Source of the DNA: Gnetum montanum
Lineage: Eukaryota; Plantae; Gnetophyta
Length of the DNA stretch: 64,000 bases
NCBI GenBank assembly: GCA_015680685.1
Contig: MNCI01001941.1
Coordinates: 430,515-494,514 of the forward strand
Direction: 5' to 3'
Shown here: positions 12,183 through 25,400 of the stretch, piece after piece
Layout of the letters: each line of letters opens with the position of its first letter
Position numbering within the stretch: the first letter of the stretch is position 1
Program-made: the position numbers and the translations under genes
Notes under the pieces: model-generated
What the model saw: the letters and a program-made list of their open reading frames with translations, nothing else
What the model was told of the DNA's origin: nothing
Databases searched by the model: none

Positions 12183-15100
12183 CCTGTTGCCGAGTACTTT
12201 TAAGATCTTTTTCAATTCAAAAGAAATTTTGGACCATTTATATGTAATACCCCACCTGCCTGACCCAAGCCGAGCTTGGGTGAAAAGCGTACTCTAACGT
12301 CCACTATCAAAGGAACACGAAAAGGATCAAACAACACAGCGGAAAACTATAAATCACTCTTTGAAAATCACATCAATCACAATAGCGGAATACAACATAA
12401 ACACCAAACCATCACTATTAGATGCATACCATCACCAAAACAAGTACATCTCCTGCTACCTAAACATAGCTAATAAGTCTAAAGATCACAGGATAACAAT
12501 CGATACATCTGGCACATGACCATGTACTCACAAAATATATACCTTGTACACAATGGGCAAGACCACAACTCATTGATTATCCAAACCAGTGCCTAGAGCA
12601 AACACATCCATCTCTCTTATGAACATATGTAGCAGTACAAGCAAGAATACTGAACTAAGATCACCATCACCTGCCTCAGGGCCTTGAACCTCCTAAACTC
12701 TGACTCTATCACTTGCATATAAATGAGGTCAGTATAAGATTGAGTGGGAGCCTTTACACACCCCCTGTGGATCTAGTCTGATACTGTGCTGGAGGTGTGG
12801 TGTTCTCTGAATAGCTTGCATCAGGGCTAGTACGTCAAATGCCATACAACACATCAAAACACCATACACATCCATGATCTCACCTAGACTATAAGCACGA
12901 TGTCATAACAAACAACACATATAAACTACACAGAAATGCCGCCCCATCATATCACTATGTATAATACGTCATGACTACCCTATCAATCACCATGACTCAA
13001 TCACAAATGCACAATACAGAAATCATACCATCCGTCCAATGTCAATTGGTGCATAGCATAAATATCATCATACATATATAACATGGATTTCTGGCAACCA
13101 GTGGTCTAAAGGATCAAACATATCATCACAAGTATATCACATAGTTCTGGGCAACGAATGCTCATAGGGATCACACCATACTGAAAAACCTAAACTAAAG
13201 GGCCCTGGATCTTCTACCTATGCTGAGCAGAAAGTAAAGAACAAAAATAAACTCTCTTAATATGCTAATCTTCAATCTATTATTATGAGTATGTGCTGCT
13301 ACAAATATATAAAGTTGGATTCTTCCAACAACATTCAAGGATGAGACAATCATGGATATAGATAAACATGAATATGGATAAGCATGGACAACTAGGATCT
13401 CATCTTATTCAGAAAAGATAGAAGGATGAGATCAAACTCCTAAAAATGTGGAATGTCTACAGATCATCTTCCACAAACCCCCCCATGATGGTAAGAGGTT
13501 CCACGCCAAGGAGGTCTCTGAAGGATGCAAACTTTTCACGGCTCATTGGCTTGGTGAAAATGTCTGCTAGTTGCGCTTCAGTTGCACAATGTACCATGTT
13601 GAGGAGATTCTCTTGGATCAGGCTTCGAAGATGGTGATGCTTGATGTCAATGTGTTTGGTACGTCCATGCTGAACTGGATTGTGTGCCATTGCAATAGCA
13701 CTTGTGCTGTCACAGTATAAGCGAATGGGAGGAACAAGTGTAAGTCCCATTTCAGTGAAAACAGAGTGGATCCACATAGCCTGAGACGCAGCATGAGAGG
13801 CAGCAATGTATTCTGCTTCTGCTGTTGAGAGAGCGACGGAAGACTGCTTCTTTGATCCCCAAGAGATGAGCGATGGACCAAAGAAGAGACAAAAACCAGA
13901 AGTTGACTTTCGATCGTCAAGGTCGCCTCCCCAATCTGCATCAGTGTAGCCCCATACCTTGAAATTTGAATGACGATGGAATGTGATCCCAAAATCTGTG
14001 GTAGTTCTCAAGTAACGTAGGACTCTTTTTGCAGCTTTCCAATGTGATTCATGTGGATCTTGCATGAACCGAGAAAGGTAATTCACAGCATATTGAATAT
14101 CTGGTCGGGTATTGGAGAGATACAATAAGCCACCAACTAGGGACCTGTATAGAGATGGATTGACTGAAGGAGATTTATCATCCTTGGTAAGTTTGATGCC
14201 AAGGGAGAGAGGTGTGTCTGTGGGATTACTAGTAAGCATGCCAAATTTCTCAAGTAAGGATCGGGCAAATTTCATTTGGCATATGGAGATGGATTTTGAT
14301 CTCTGGATTACTTGAAAACCCAAAAAATATGACATTTTCCCTAGATCAGACATTTCAAACTCGTTTTGCATAGCATTCAGAAAATCATTTCCTAATGCAT
14401 TCGTAGATGAAAAATAAATTAAATCATCTACGTACAGACAGACAAAAATAAAATCATCTCCGAGTACCTTTTTGTAAATTGTAGTTTGGGACTGAAGATG
14501 AATGAACCCTTCTTGGATGAAAAATGAATGAATTCGTGCGTACCATGCACGAGGAGCTTGCTTGAGTCCGTACAAGGCTTTGTGAAGCTTGTACACATGA
14601 TCTGGTTTGCCTTCATCGACAAAACCTGCAGGTTGTTCCACATAGACTTCTTCATTCAGAACGCCATTGAGGAATGCAGATGCCACATCCAGTTGATATA
14701 CCACATAGCCAGCGTGAGCAGCAATCGCTAGAAAGATTTTCACGGATTCCATTCGTGAAACGGGAGCAAAGCTATCGTCAAAGTCTCTGCCTTGTTGTTG
14801 GAGATAGCCTTTGGCAACAAGGCGAGCTTTGAATTTTTCTAGTTCACCGTATTGAGTCCTCTTGAGTTTGAATATCCATTTTAAGCCGATGACAGGCTTA
14901 CCAGATGGGCGAGGAACTAGACTCCAGGTGTTATTTTTATTGATTTGCTGAAGTTCATGTTCCATTGCTACTGTTCAACGATCATCCAGCGCAACTTCGA
15001 CGACGGTAGAGGGTTCTACCAAACCATCAGAGCTCCCCCCCAGCGGCATAAGCAGCGCGTAAAATTCATCACCCACGTTGGAGAAGAGAGCAACGGTGGA

Positions 15101-15254
15101 AGCATCTGGGGGTAGCTGGTCAGGCTGCTGGTGAGAATGACTGCGGGTGAAGCGTCTATTAAAGTTCAGATCCAGAATTTGGGTGGCGGGGTGAGAGAGA
15201 GCCACCCAGGAGGAAGATGGCCGAGGAGGAGAGGGGGTCGGTGCAAAGGAGAGG

Positions 15255-15440
15255 ACCGGTGAAGGCAGGTCGCCAGGGCGTCGCGGTGAAGGTAGGTTGC
15301 CTGTGCGTCGTGGTGAAGACAGGTCGCTGGTGCGTCGCGGTGAAGACAGGTCACCGGTGCGTCGCGGTGAAGGCAGGTTGCCTGTGCGTCGCGGTGAAGG
15401 CAGGTTGCCTGTGCGTCGCGGTGAAGACAGGTCGCCGGTG
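15255..15440 (-). repeat. 27-bp coding minisatellite (~7 copies) in the integrase-RT linker of D, encoding G(N/D)L(P/S)SPRRT
   Basis: Unit GCGTCGCGGTGAAG(G/A)CAGGT(C/T)GCC-NGT on the + strand; in frame with RT (ORF 14975-15454). Confidence 0.92.
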
Positions 15441-15734
15441 TGTAGACATTCCACATTTTTAGGAGTTTGATCTAATCCTTCTATCTTTTCTGAATAAGAT
15501 GAGATCCTAGTTGTCCATGCTTATCCATATTCATGTTTATCTATATCCATGATTGTCTCATCCTTGAATGTTGTTGGAAGAATCCAACTTTATATATTTG
15601 TAGCAGCACATACTCATAATAATAGATTGAAGATTAGCAGATTAAGAGAGTTTATTTTTGTTCTTTACTTTCTGCTCAGCATAGGTAGAAGATCCAGGGC
15701 CCTTTAGTTTAGGTTTTTCATTTGGTATCGGAGC
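15439..15734 (+). repeat. Third, inverted copy of the D LTR (282 of 294 bp) followed by a PBS-like TTTGGTATCGGAGC
   Basis: Reverse complement of 15439-15720 matches both D LTRs apart from 2 private substitutions; it lacks the first 12 nt of U3. Confidence 0.95.
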
Positions 15735-18732
15735 GGTGCTGGTGCCTGCACAAAAATTTTTGCTGCCTGGAAAAAAAAGATTAAGGCTAAAACAATCCTG
15801 CTCCAGAAAACGAACGTCACAGGAATCAATGATCATGTGCTGGGTGGGGTCATAGCAACGGTAGGCTTTAGAGGTGGGAGAATAGCCAACGAAAATACAA
15901 GGCTTGGCTTTGTCATGGAATTTCTGGCGGGTGGGGGCAGGAATGTGCACGTAACAGGGCGAACCAAATATTTTTAAGTGGGAAAGATTGGGGGTACGAC
16001 CATGCCAGAGTTCATAGGGTGTTTTATTTTGAATGGATCGGGAAGGCACCCTATTTAAAAGATAAATTGCGGTGGCACAAGCTTCTGCCCAAAAGGTATC
16101 CGCCAAGGAAGACAGTTGTAACAAACACCTGGCCATTTCAACCACGGTCCTATTTTTCCGTTCGGCAATGCCATTTTGTTGGGGTGTATAGGATGTGGTT
16201 GTTTGATGAATAATGCCATTCTTCTTGCAGAATTCTGCAAATTCTCGGGACAAAAATTCACCACCTCGATCTATTCGGATTTGCTTGATGGGACAGCCAC
16301 TTTGATTTTCCATTGCCGCATTGAATTCTTTAAAAAAACTCAAGGTTTGATCCTTTAATTTCATAAAATAACCCCAAGCGAATCGGGAGAAATCATCCAC
16401 AATGATGAACAAATAGCGGTTTTTGCCTAGGCTCAATGCTTGCATGGGACCACATAAATCCATATGAACTAGATCTAATTTTTCTGGAGATCGATGTTCT
16501 TTCCTAGGAAACGNNNNNNNNNNNNNNNNNNNNNNNNNNNNNNNNNNNNNNNNNNNNNNNNNNNNNNNNNNNNNNNNNNNNNNNNNNNNNNNNNNNNNNN
16601 NNNNNNNNNNNNNNNNNNNNNNNNNNNNNNNNNNNNNNNNNNNNNNNNNNNNNNNNNNNNNNNNNNNNNNNNNNNNNNNNNNNNNNNNNNNNNNNNNNNN
16701 NNNNNNNNNNNNNNNNNNNNNNNNNNNNNNNNNNNNNNNNNNNNNNNNNNNNNNNNNNNNNNNNNNNNNNNNNNNNNNNNNATTTGGAAATAACATAGTT
16801 GTTACCTTGCATGGTTGTAAAGGCAAGCGATCCAATCCCAGCAATGGGTAACTTCTTCCCATTACCTATGGTGACCATTCCATCATATGGTTCTAGACTT
16901 GAGAAGAGTGACTTGTTCCCAGTCATGTGATTGCTGCACCCACTATCAACATACCACGTGTTGGCGTTGCTAGCATCTGNNNNNNNNNNNNNNNNNNNNN
17001 NNNNNNNNNNNNNNNNNNNNNNNNNNNNNNNNNNNNNNNNNNNNNNNNNNNNNNNNNNNNNNNNNNNNNNNNNNNNNNNNNNNNNNNNNNNNNNNNNNNN
17101 NNNNNNNNNNNNNNNNNNNNNNNNNNNNNNNNNNNNNNNNNNNNNNNNNNNNNNNNNNNNNNNNNNNNNNNNNNNNNNNNNNNNNNNNNNNNNNNNNNNN
17201 NNNNNNNNNNNNNNNNNNNNNNNNNNNNNNNNNNNNNNNNNNNNNNNNNNNNNNNNNNNNNNNNNNNNNNNNNNNNNNNNNNNNNNNNNNNNNNNNNNNN
17301 NNNNNNNNNNNNNNNNNNNNNNNNNNNNNNNNNNNNNNNNNNNNNNNNNNNNNNNNNNNNNNNNNNNNNNNNNNNNNNNNNNNNNNNNNNNNNNNNAGCA
17401 TTTGCAGAGATTCAAAATCTTTCCTGAAGGCTTGTAACTTGACAACACGAACTTTCAAAGATCCCTTGTATGCAATCTCCAGTGCATCCCATGCAGCTTT
17501 GCTTGTTTGATGCATGACGATTTTGGGAAAGACTGTCAGATCTAACCCAGATTGAATGATGAATAGTGCTTTTGCATCCTTTTTTCTAAGCTTCTTGACT
17601 TCATTCTTTTCATCTTCTGTCAAGGCCTGAAATGCAGCTTGATCAACATCTTGAAAGCCACCTTCAACAATATTCCACAGATCTTGTGAGATCATGAATG
17701 TCCTCATCTTGATTGCCCAATATTCATAATTTTCTCCATTGAATATAGGAATTTGGAGAGACACGGATCCGTTGTTTTGGGCCATTCTGGAGAGATCTGT
17801 TGTCAAGAATTTGAGCTAACCTGCTTTGATACCAAATGAAAAACCTAAACTAAAGGGCCCTGGATCTTCTACCTATGCTGAGCAGAAAGTAAAGAACAAA
17901 AATAAACTCTCTTAATATGCTAATCTTCAATCTATTATTATGAGTATGTGCTGCTACAAATATATAAAGTTGGATTCTTCCAACAACATTCAAGGATGAG
18001 ACAATCATGGATATAGACAAACATGAATATGGATAAGCATGGACAACTAGGATCTCATCTTATTCAGAAAAGATAGAAGGATGAGATCAAACTCATAAAA
18101 ATCTGGAATGTCTACACATCATCTTCCACACATACAACATACAATACATCATATACCGTTCTCATGACACTTGACACATCCACACTCTGTGTGTAACATG
18201 ATATCGTTGACATGAGTACTCATAAATCATAACAATGCATGCAAGTCTTTTATTAGCATTTGTTATCATACACTACTAGTGCTAGTGCTCATTGCTTCAT
18301 ATGCAGCCGTAGGCTACTAACCTTTTGAAGGGTAGTTCCATGCATGTCTATATGCCCCAAGATCTAGTGCCAATCATAGGCCTTGCCTATAGTCTCCCAC
18401 TCTAAGCACGAGGAGTGAAATAGGAGCTTTGGTAATGCATCTTAGCAAGCATCAACCTAACTCCTCTAGGGTGGCTCATCACCAATTGGTCCACATCCTT
18501 ATGTCAATTCCACTAGTATGCATGCATATACACATCATTTAAATAATGTCATAATCTAGTCAACCAACGAATAATCCAAGCAATCACTAACCCTAAGTAA
18601 CTAGTGCTATAGATGTCAACCAATATCCAAAGCATAATTATGATAGAATATATAGTGTAACTGTAGCTCATACACTAATCAATCTTTGATCCTATGCAAC
18701 CAGTGCTACAGGCATCAATTAAATATACAAGT

Positions 18733-20787
18733 TGTTCTTGCAGAAATATTCTTCACACTCCTACAAGGATACCTCTATAAACTAAGTGTCAAAATACTTA
18801 ATGCATGGCTGTGAATGATCTTTGAATCAATATAACCCTTGATATATTAACGATTATGAAATGAAGAGGCATAGAATCTCCAATCAAATACAAACTTAGC
18901 TTACCATACACAAACTAGGATGGCAGGGGAATGATGAAAAAGTAAGGTTTTAATGCTAAAAATAGCAAGTGTAAATCATTGAAAAAATGACCAAGTATAA
19001 ATTGCCAAAAAATAAACTAAGTATGGGAGAGACTATGAGTGATAGAATAAAACTAAGTATAAAATCTAAGTAAAAAGAGTATAAAATATTAAAATATTCA
19101 AACTACGATATGGGGGAAGGGTCTCCAATCCCTTTCCAAACAATAAAATGTTTTATTAAGGAGCAAACAAGTGTTTCCCCAACGGGAGTGGCGGCCCCCG
19201 AACGCCCTGACAGACTAGTTCCCACCCCNNNNNNNNNNNNNNNNNNNNNNNNNNNNNNNNNNNNNNNNNNNNNNNNNNNNNNNNNNNNNNNNNNNNNNNN
19301 NNNNNNNNNNNNNNNNNNNNNNNNNNNNNNNNNNNNNNNNNNNNNNNNNNNNNNNNNNNNNNNNNNNNNNNNNNNNNNAATGAGGAACTTCGGCAGGCCC
19401 CCCTCCCCCGCTGTCTCCTAGGGTTGGCTCCGGGGTCAGTGTTTGTTTTTGTTTGGTCTTGGGAGCTGTTTTGATTAATTTGGGGACATTGCAGACATGC
19501 TGATTTGGAGGATGGCACAAAGTTCAGCATTGTTGATGCTAGTGTTAGTGTCAGCATTGGATAGGGAGTTTCAAAAATTGTCAGTGATTTTCTAGGCCAA
19601 AAACTCTAACTCCCAAGATGCCAAAATTGGCCATAGAATGAGTTGCAACAATGATTTTTGAGTGTAGAGCATAGTTGCCAGAAACAAGCAAAGTGGCAAC
19701 AACAGAAACGTGACAAAAATTGGATGAAGGAAAGGTTGTAGATAAGAAACAGTTTACAAATCTTAGTGGTAGTATATACAAATTTGAATATATATATACC
19801 TTGAAAATGCATTGTAACTTGAGATATTTGGATAGAGATGAAAAGAAAATTGCATTTACATTATCATCCAGCTTATTGAATGATTCAATTTTGTATATAT
19901 TTGAAATTTTGAAATGGTATTTGATTTTATGACATTAAAAAACCTTTGAACCGTGAACACCAAGATGCAGCAACGTTTTGAAATGGGTTTCTATTGTAGA
20001 AACGAAAAATGTGAAACATTCCTAATCCATCACATTTCTAGCAACTATGATGTAGAGAATCTTGCAGACCTGTGAAATGGTGCAAACTATGTGTGTAAAG
20101 TGACTTGGATGTGCTAGAGATGCTTTTGGAGGCATTGAGACTAGCCATAAACTTTTCAATGTTCCAAACATTGAAAAAATGTTGGTTTTCTAAGTCCTAA
20201 AAGAACCTGCTAAAAGTGCCAATTTTGGAAGCTTGGAGTGCCGAAGCTATTATCGATGAGTTGCCCAAGCCTTAGGAACCCATTGCACATGTTGGAATAC
20301 AGTTTTGATGAGGTTTGGATGTGTTAACGATGGTTTTTTTTGGCGTTGACACTAACACTGGTGGCATCAACATCACCAATACTTCGAAAATTTTTTGACA
20401 TTTGTTTGAAATTTTCCAAGGTTGCCAAAACTAAAGCCAAGATGTTGGGTTATGGCTTGAAGGGTCCTTGGAGGCCTGTGAAGGCCACCAATGTATCTTA
20501 TGAAGTTGTTTTTAAGGTGGTTTATCCTGTAGTGTTGAAAGGAGATTGACGTAGAATCTGCGTTGCCTCCAACACTCAGAAAAATTTTGATTCCCAAACT
20601 TTTCCAGGGTCACCAAGAATGCACCTCATGCACTGGGTTATGAACCCAAAGGTCACTGGATGTCTCCGGGAGTTGGGAAAATGTTCCATGATGTTGTTTT
20701 TAGACTTTTTTAAGCTTGAAGTGAATGAAACAATGTCAATCCACACTTAGTGTTGGTTATGAGATAAATTTTAAAATGGGTACAACA
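18733..20787. mobile_element. Probable solo LTR inserted in the 3' LTR of C
   Basis: Absent from the 5' LTR of C at the equivalent site (~28640-28650). Termini TGTT...AACA; TSD CAAGT (18728-32)/CCAGT (20788-92). Confidence 0.7.
19670..20049. mobile_element. hAT-like MITE (380 bp)
   Basis: TIRs CATAGTTGCCAGAAA / TTTCTAGCAACTATG; 8-bp TSD GTGTAGAG (19662-69)/ATGTAGAG (20050-57). Confidence 0.85.
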
Positions 20788-22479
20788 CCAGTGACCATAT
20801 GATTCCACATAAACACATCAATGTCATGTACCGTGCCACAGACATCACAGACAAGCTGGGAAATAATTCAAAATTCATTTGCATTTATATGAGGGTATAG
20901 GTTCACATTTACTTTGATTGTAACCTTGAGTGTGACTTGTGATGCACCCGTGGTAGTCCTTTTCAAAGGATTGCAACCTCAGCGCAGCTCACGCTGAGTC
21001 TGCATTTCCCGTCTAACACCAACTGCAACCTTGATGCCCATGCCCTGTGACTGATACAAACTCACATTGGCTAAAAATAAAAATTTGAGGCTGGCCATAA
21101 CCTCACCGTGCTTGTTGCATGACTCATGTCCTAAAAGCCTTTCTAGTGTGACCGTATCGTGAGGATGTCGTGTCTGTGTCTGCACAACAATGACATACAA
21201 GGCACATTGTGACCGTAGTGCACCTAGGGTGTGACTTACGTTTCCAAAAGCCTACCACTACAACCAAGGCACAAAAAGGTTGTGACCTGTAGTAACTCGT
21301 GCTCATTAAATAAACTCAGCTTTTGATGATGCAGCATAAAATAAATGCCCAGAGCCAGATGCCCATATCATCATACACATACTATGGTACTCTATTAAGG
21401 CTTGGAGTTCAGCAATGGAACCTTTGCTCTCCCTAGCACCGACAAAAAATCACACACATTAATCTAGCCAACATATCATGGCACCCAAAGCATGAGAGTT
21501 ACTGCACAAGCATGCAGTAACTATTCATCCCAAACACCATATGACCATGCACAGAAATCAAAATGCCAAAGCATGGAATAGGTAAATACACCTACCTGAA
21601 ATTTGGAATCTCGTTATAACTAGAAATCAAAAAATAAAACACCAAAATGCCCCCAATGAAGTCTTGGATCCTCCCAAACCTGAACTGAACCTCCCAAATC
21701 ATAGCCTACCTAGCACTAGCTCTCCAGCATCTCAGAAATCATAGAAATCAGCTGAGAAATAGAGGAAATTGGAGGAGAAGAAATGCAACAAAAACCTAGG
21801 ATGCATGATCGAGAAGGAAGAAACGGAAAATGAATTATGGTTTATTTATAAAACAAAATATAAATCACTTTATTTATGGTTTATATTAATTAAGGTTTCC
21901 CATCATTTTTGCTCATATATCTAACGCTGAGGAACCCAACTTCATAACCATGCACAACCATCCTAAGAAAATACCAGTTCAATCCACTGTCATCATAATC
22001 TGTCCATCACATATCCATAAGGCCATACAAGCATCATAACTTATGTCGTCTAGCCACATGACACCACATGCATACCATATTAGACATCATGGCCTCATAA
22101 CATGATTAGATAAACAATACTGACTCACAATCATAGAACATGATCTGCCAAATAACACTGATTCTATGCACATAACTCATAACCATGACATGTAGTTTGA
22201 CATCATACATGCTCGATGCTTAGTCTTTCCGCACAATCCTCTCACCTTGCCAGCCACAACACCATACTAGACATCTAGCAAGATCACTGTGCATAGTCAT
22301 GATATCGGAATCACATATACATGATATCATAAGATCTCAAAAAATATTTCATTAAAATAATGCTAGTAACTAAGCGATCCCATGACCCACAATTGGTTGT
22401 AATTGCATATACACAAACATAACACAATATCCTAGGGTCCTACGGTGAGGGTTTAGACTCTCACCCACTTGAGAATCTT

Positions 22480-25400
22480 CCTCTTTGAAGATCTTCAGCT
22501 ACCTTGCCCGCACATTAGCCTCCACCTCCTAGGTGCCATGATAATCCCACAATACCTTTACCATAGACACTATTCTGCTACAGAGCTGCTGAACCATCCT
22601 ATCAACAATCTGAATTAGCCTCTCTATGTATGTAACATCAGGGTGTATTTGTACACCTGTCCAATCTATCACATGTTGCACATCGAGTATATATCATTGC
22701 AACATAGACCCATGAAATACCTTGTGAACCCCTGCCAACTATGGAGGTAAAGATACTCTGTAGGCTATCTTGCCAATCCTCTCTACTATCTCAAATGGCC
22801 CAATATACTTGGATGCCAACTTTCCCTTCTTGCCAAACTTCATCAAGCCCTTCAAGGGTGATACCCAAAGAAACACTCAATCACCAATCACAACTTTAAT
22901 GGTCTCCTACACTGATTGGCGTAAGCTACTATCCTGGACTGCCGTCAATTGGTCCTGAATCATCTAAATCTGCTCCGTGGTTTGCAACATCAGATCCGTA
23001 CTCACATGAGGTTTGTCCTCAATGGTATCCCAGCTCAACAGAGTCTTGCAGGATTTGATTATAGCACCTCATATGGAGCTGCTCGTAAACTCTCTTGATA
23101 ACTGTTATTATATGCAAACTCTGCAAGAGGTAATATGTGGTTCTAACTATCCCTAAACTGTAAGGCACATGCTTGCAACATGTCCTCCAGCACCTGGTTC
23201 ATCCGCTCCATCTATCCATCTGTTTGTGGATGATATGTTGAACTCAAGTCTAGCTGGGTATCCATCTCTCTCTGAAATGCTCTTCAAAATTTAGAGTCAA
23301 ACCTAGTGTTTGAATAACTGATAATCCTCCTCAGAACACCATGTAACCACAATCTTTGTGACATACAAATGAGTTGTCTCTTCTACACTCACTGCAGTTC
23401 TAATAGCCAAGAAATTTGTAGACTTTGTCAACAAGTCTACAATCACATATATAGGATCATGTCCTCTTTGGGTACAAGGCAACCCAACAATGAAACCTAT
23501 CTTCATAGACTATCACTTCCATAACGATATGTCATGGGGGTGCAAGAGTCTTTCAAGTCTCTGATGCTTAATCTTCACCTGCTCACATTCTAGGTAACGG
23601 GAAACATAATCACCCACATTTCTCTTCATATCAGGCCATCAATATGTATGTCGGAGACTCTGGTACATCATCTTGCTGCCCGGATGCAACTGATATATGC
23701 TCATGTGAGCCTCATCTAATAATTGGAAGTGCAAGACCTTCAGAATACAAATTCGATTATCTCTTCAAATCATACCCTGACTATTCACTATAATTGGTCC
23801 GTCAGCTGAAATTTGCCACCGTAGCTCTTTGCACTTAGAATCCTGCTGTTGTTTCTTGCATAGATTGTCATGAAAATCTGGATGGATAATAAGACTGCTC
23901 AACCTACTGGCAATCCTTCTCAGTGCATCTGCAACCCAGTTAGTCCTGCCATGCCTATATTGGATTGTGAAATTAAAGTTTTCAAGAAGCTTTACCCATC
24001 TCCTTGGTTGCAAGTTCAACTGGGGCTAAGTCATAATATATTGAAGACTTTTATGGTCAGTCCAGATGAACCCTTGCTTCCATACAGATAGCGCTGCCAA
24101 ATATTTAGTTGAAAGACCATTGTCCCAACTCTAAATTGTACATTGGATAATGGTTCTCATGTGGCCTCAATTGACAGGAAGCATAGACAACCACTTGTCC
24201 ATCTTGCATCATAACACACTTGAACCCATCTGTTGAAGTACCAATGCAAACATTATAAGGACGATTTGGAATAGGGGAAATTAACACTGGAGTAGACACC
24301 AATCTACTTTTGAGCTTATTGAATGTCATCTGACATGCTAAACTCTAGGAGAAATGGGTCTTCATCCTTAACAGCTGAGTCAAAGGAAAAGCTATGAAGG
24401 AAAAATGTTCAACAAATCTATGGTAATAACTAGCCAACCCCAAGAAGCTACAAATCTTTGTCACTGACTGTGGAACTGATCAATCCTGGACCACTGCAAT
24501 GTTGGCTAGATCCACAGCAATGCCAAGCCCAGAAACATGACCTAAGAATTGAATCTCTAACTACTAGAAGGAACACTTGGATGACTATGCATATAACTGA
24601 TATTGCCACAAAGTCTGGAGCACTATCCACAAATGCTCCATATGCCTATGCTCATCTAGGAAGCACACCAGAATATCATCAATGAAAACTATCATGAACT
24701 GATCAAAATATGGCTGCAACACACTGTTCATCAAATGCATGAACACTGTTGGAGCATTCATCATCTTGAATGAAAGCATTAAGAACTCATAATGGTTATA
24801 TTGGGAAAAATGTTGTCTTTGGCATGTCCTGTGCTCTGACTTGCACTTGATGATAACCAGACTTGAGACCAATCTTTGAGAACACATAGGCTCCTTGAAG
24901 CTAATCAAACAAGTCATCTATGCACAGAAGAGGATATCTGTTCTTTACTATATCTTGATTTAGCTGTTTGTAATCAATGCATAACCACAAACTTTGATCC
25001 TTCTTCTGCACAAATAGCACTGAAGCGCCCTAGGAAAAACACTAGGATGAATCAAGCCTTGGTCCATGAGCTTCTGTAACTAAATCTTCAATTTTGCTAA
25101 CTCTACTGGAAACATCCTGTTCAAGGCTTTGGAAATAGGCTCTATGCTTGGTTGCAACTCAATCTTGAACTCCACCTCCTGGGTGGTAAACTAGACAACT
25201 CAATATGAAACACATCAAGAAACTCATGTACTATTGGAGTTTGCTCAAGCTCTATTGTCTCAAATCGATAAGCTGATGCCATGTAACAACTATGTCATTT
25301 CCAAAGCGTCTGTAAGAAGACTTTGGAAGTCACCAAATCTAACCAGAATGGCCTAAAATGGATCTAAATCTTTATTTGCTTACCGTTTGCAAGTTGTAAC

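Larger units (their letters stand above)
13457..17785 (-). pseudogene. gag-pol polyprotein of D (gag, protease, integrase, RT, RNase H), interrupted
   Basis: gag IPIFNGENYEYWAIKM; protease WYVDSGCSNHMTG; integrase DLVHMDLCGP, IRIDRGGEF, TPQQNGIAERKNRT; RT KARLVAKGY, QLDVASAFLNG, LYVDDL; RNase H YTDADWGGD, RTKHIDIKHH. Broken by the inverted LTR (15439-15734) and by a TGA at 14975-77 that replaces the conserved W of W..AM..E. Confidence 0.95.
13182..18130 (-). mobile_element. Element D: young Ty1/copia (short-LTR, Ivana/Oryco-like) inserted in the 3' LTR of C
   Basis: 294-bp LTRs at 13182-13475 and 17837-18130 (4 differences by eye). Perfect TSD CATAC (13177-81, 18131-35). PBS TGGTATCAAAGC (17823-17834); PPT GGGGGGTT next to 13475. 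Confidence 0.97.

Noticed and set aside
19110-19557. GC-rich ORFs around an N gap; also the long X-filled ORFs at 5673-6466, 16494-17448 and 63221-63990
   Set aside because: ORF length comes from runs of N, and the gap-edge sequence is of doubtful quality.
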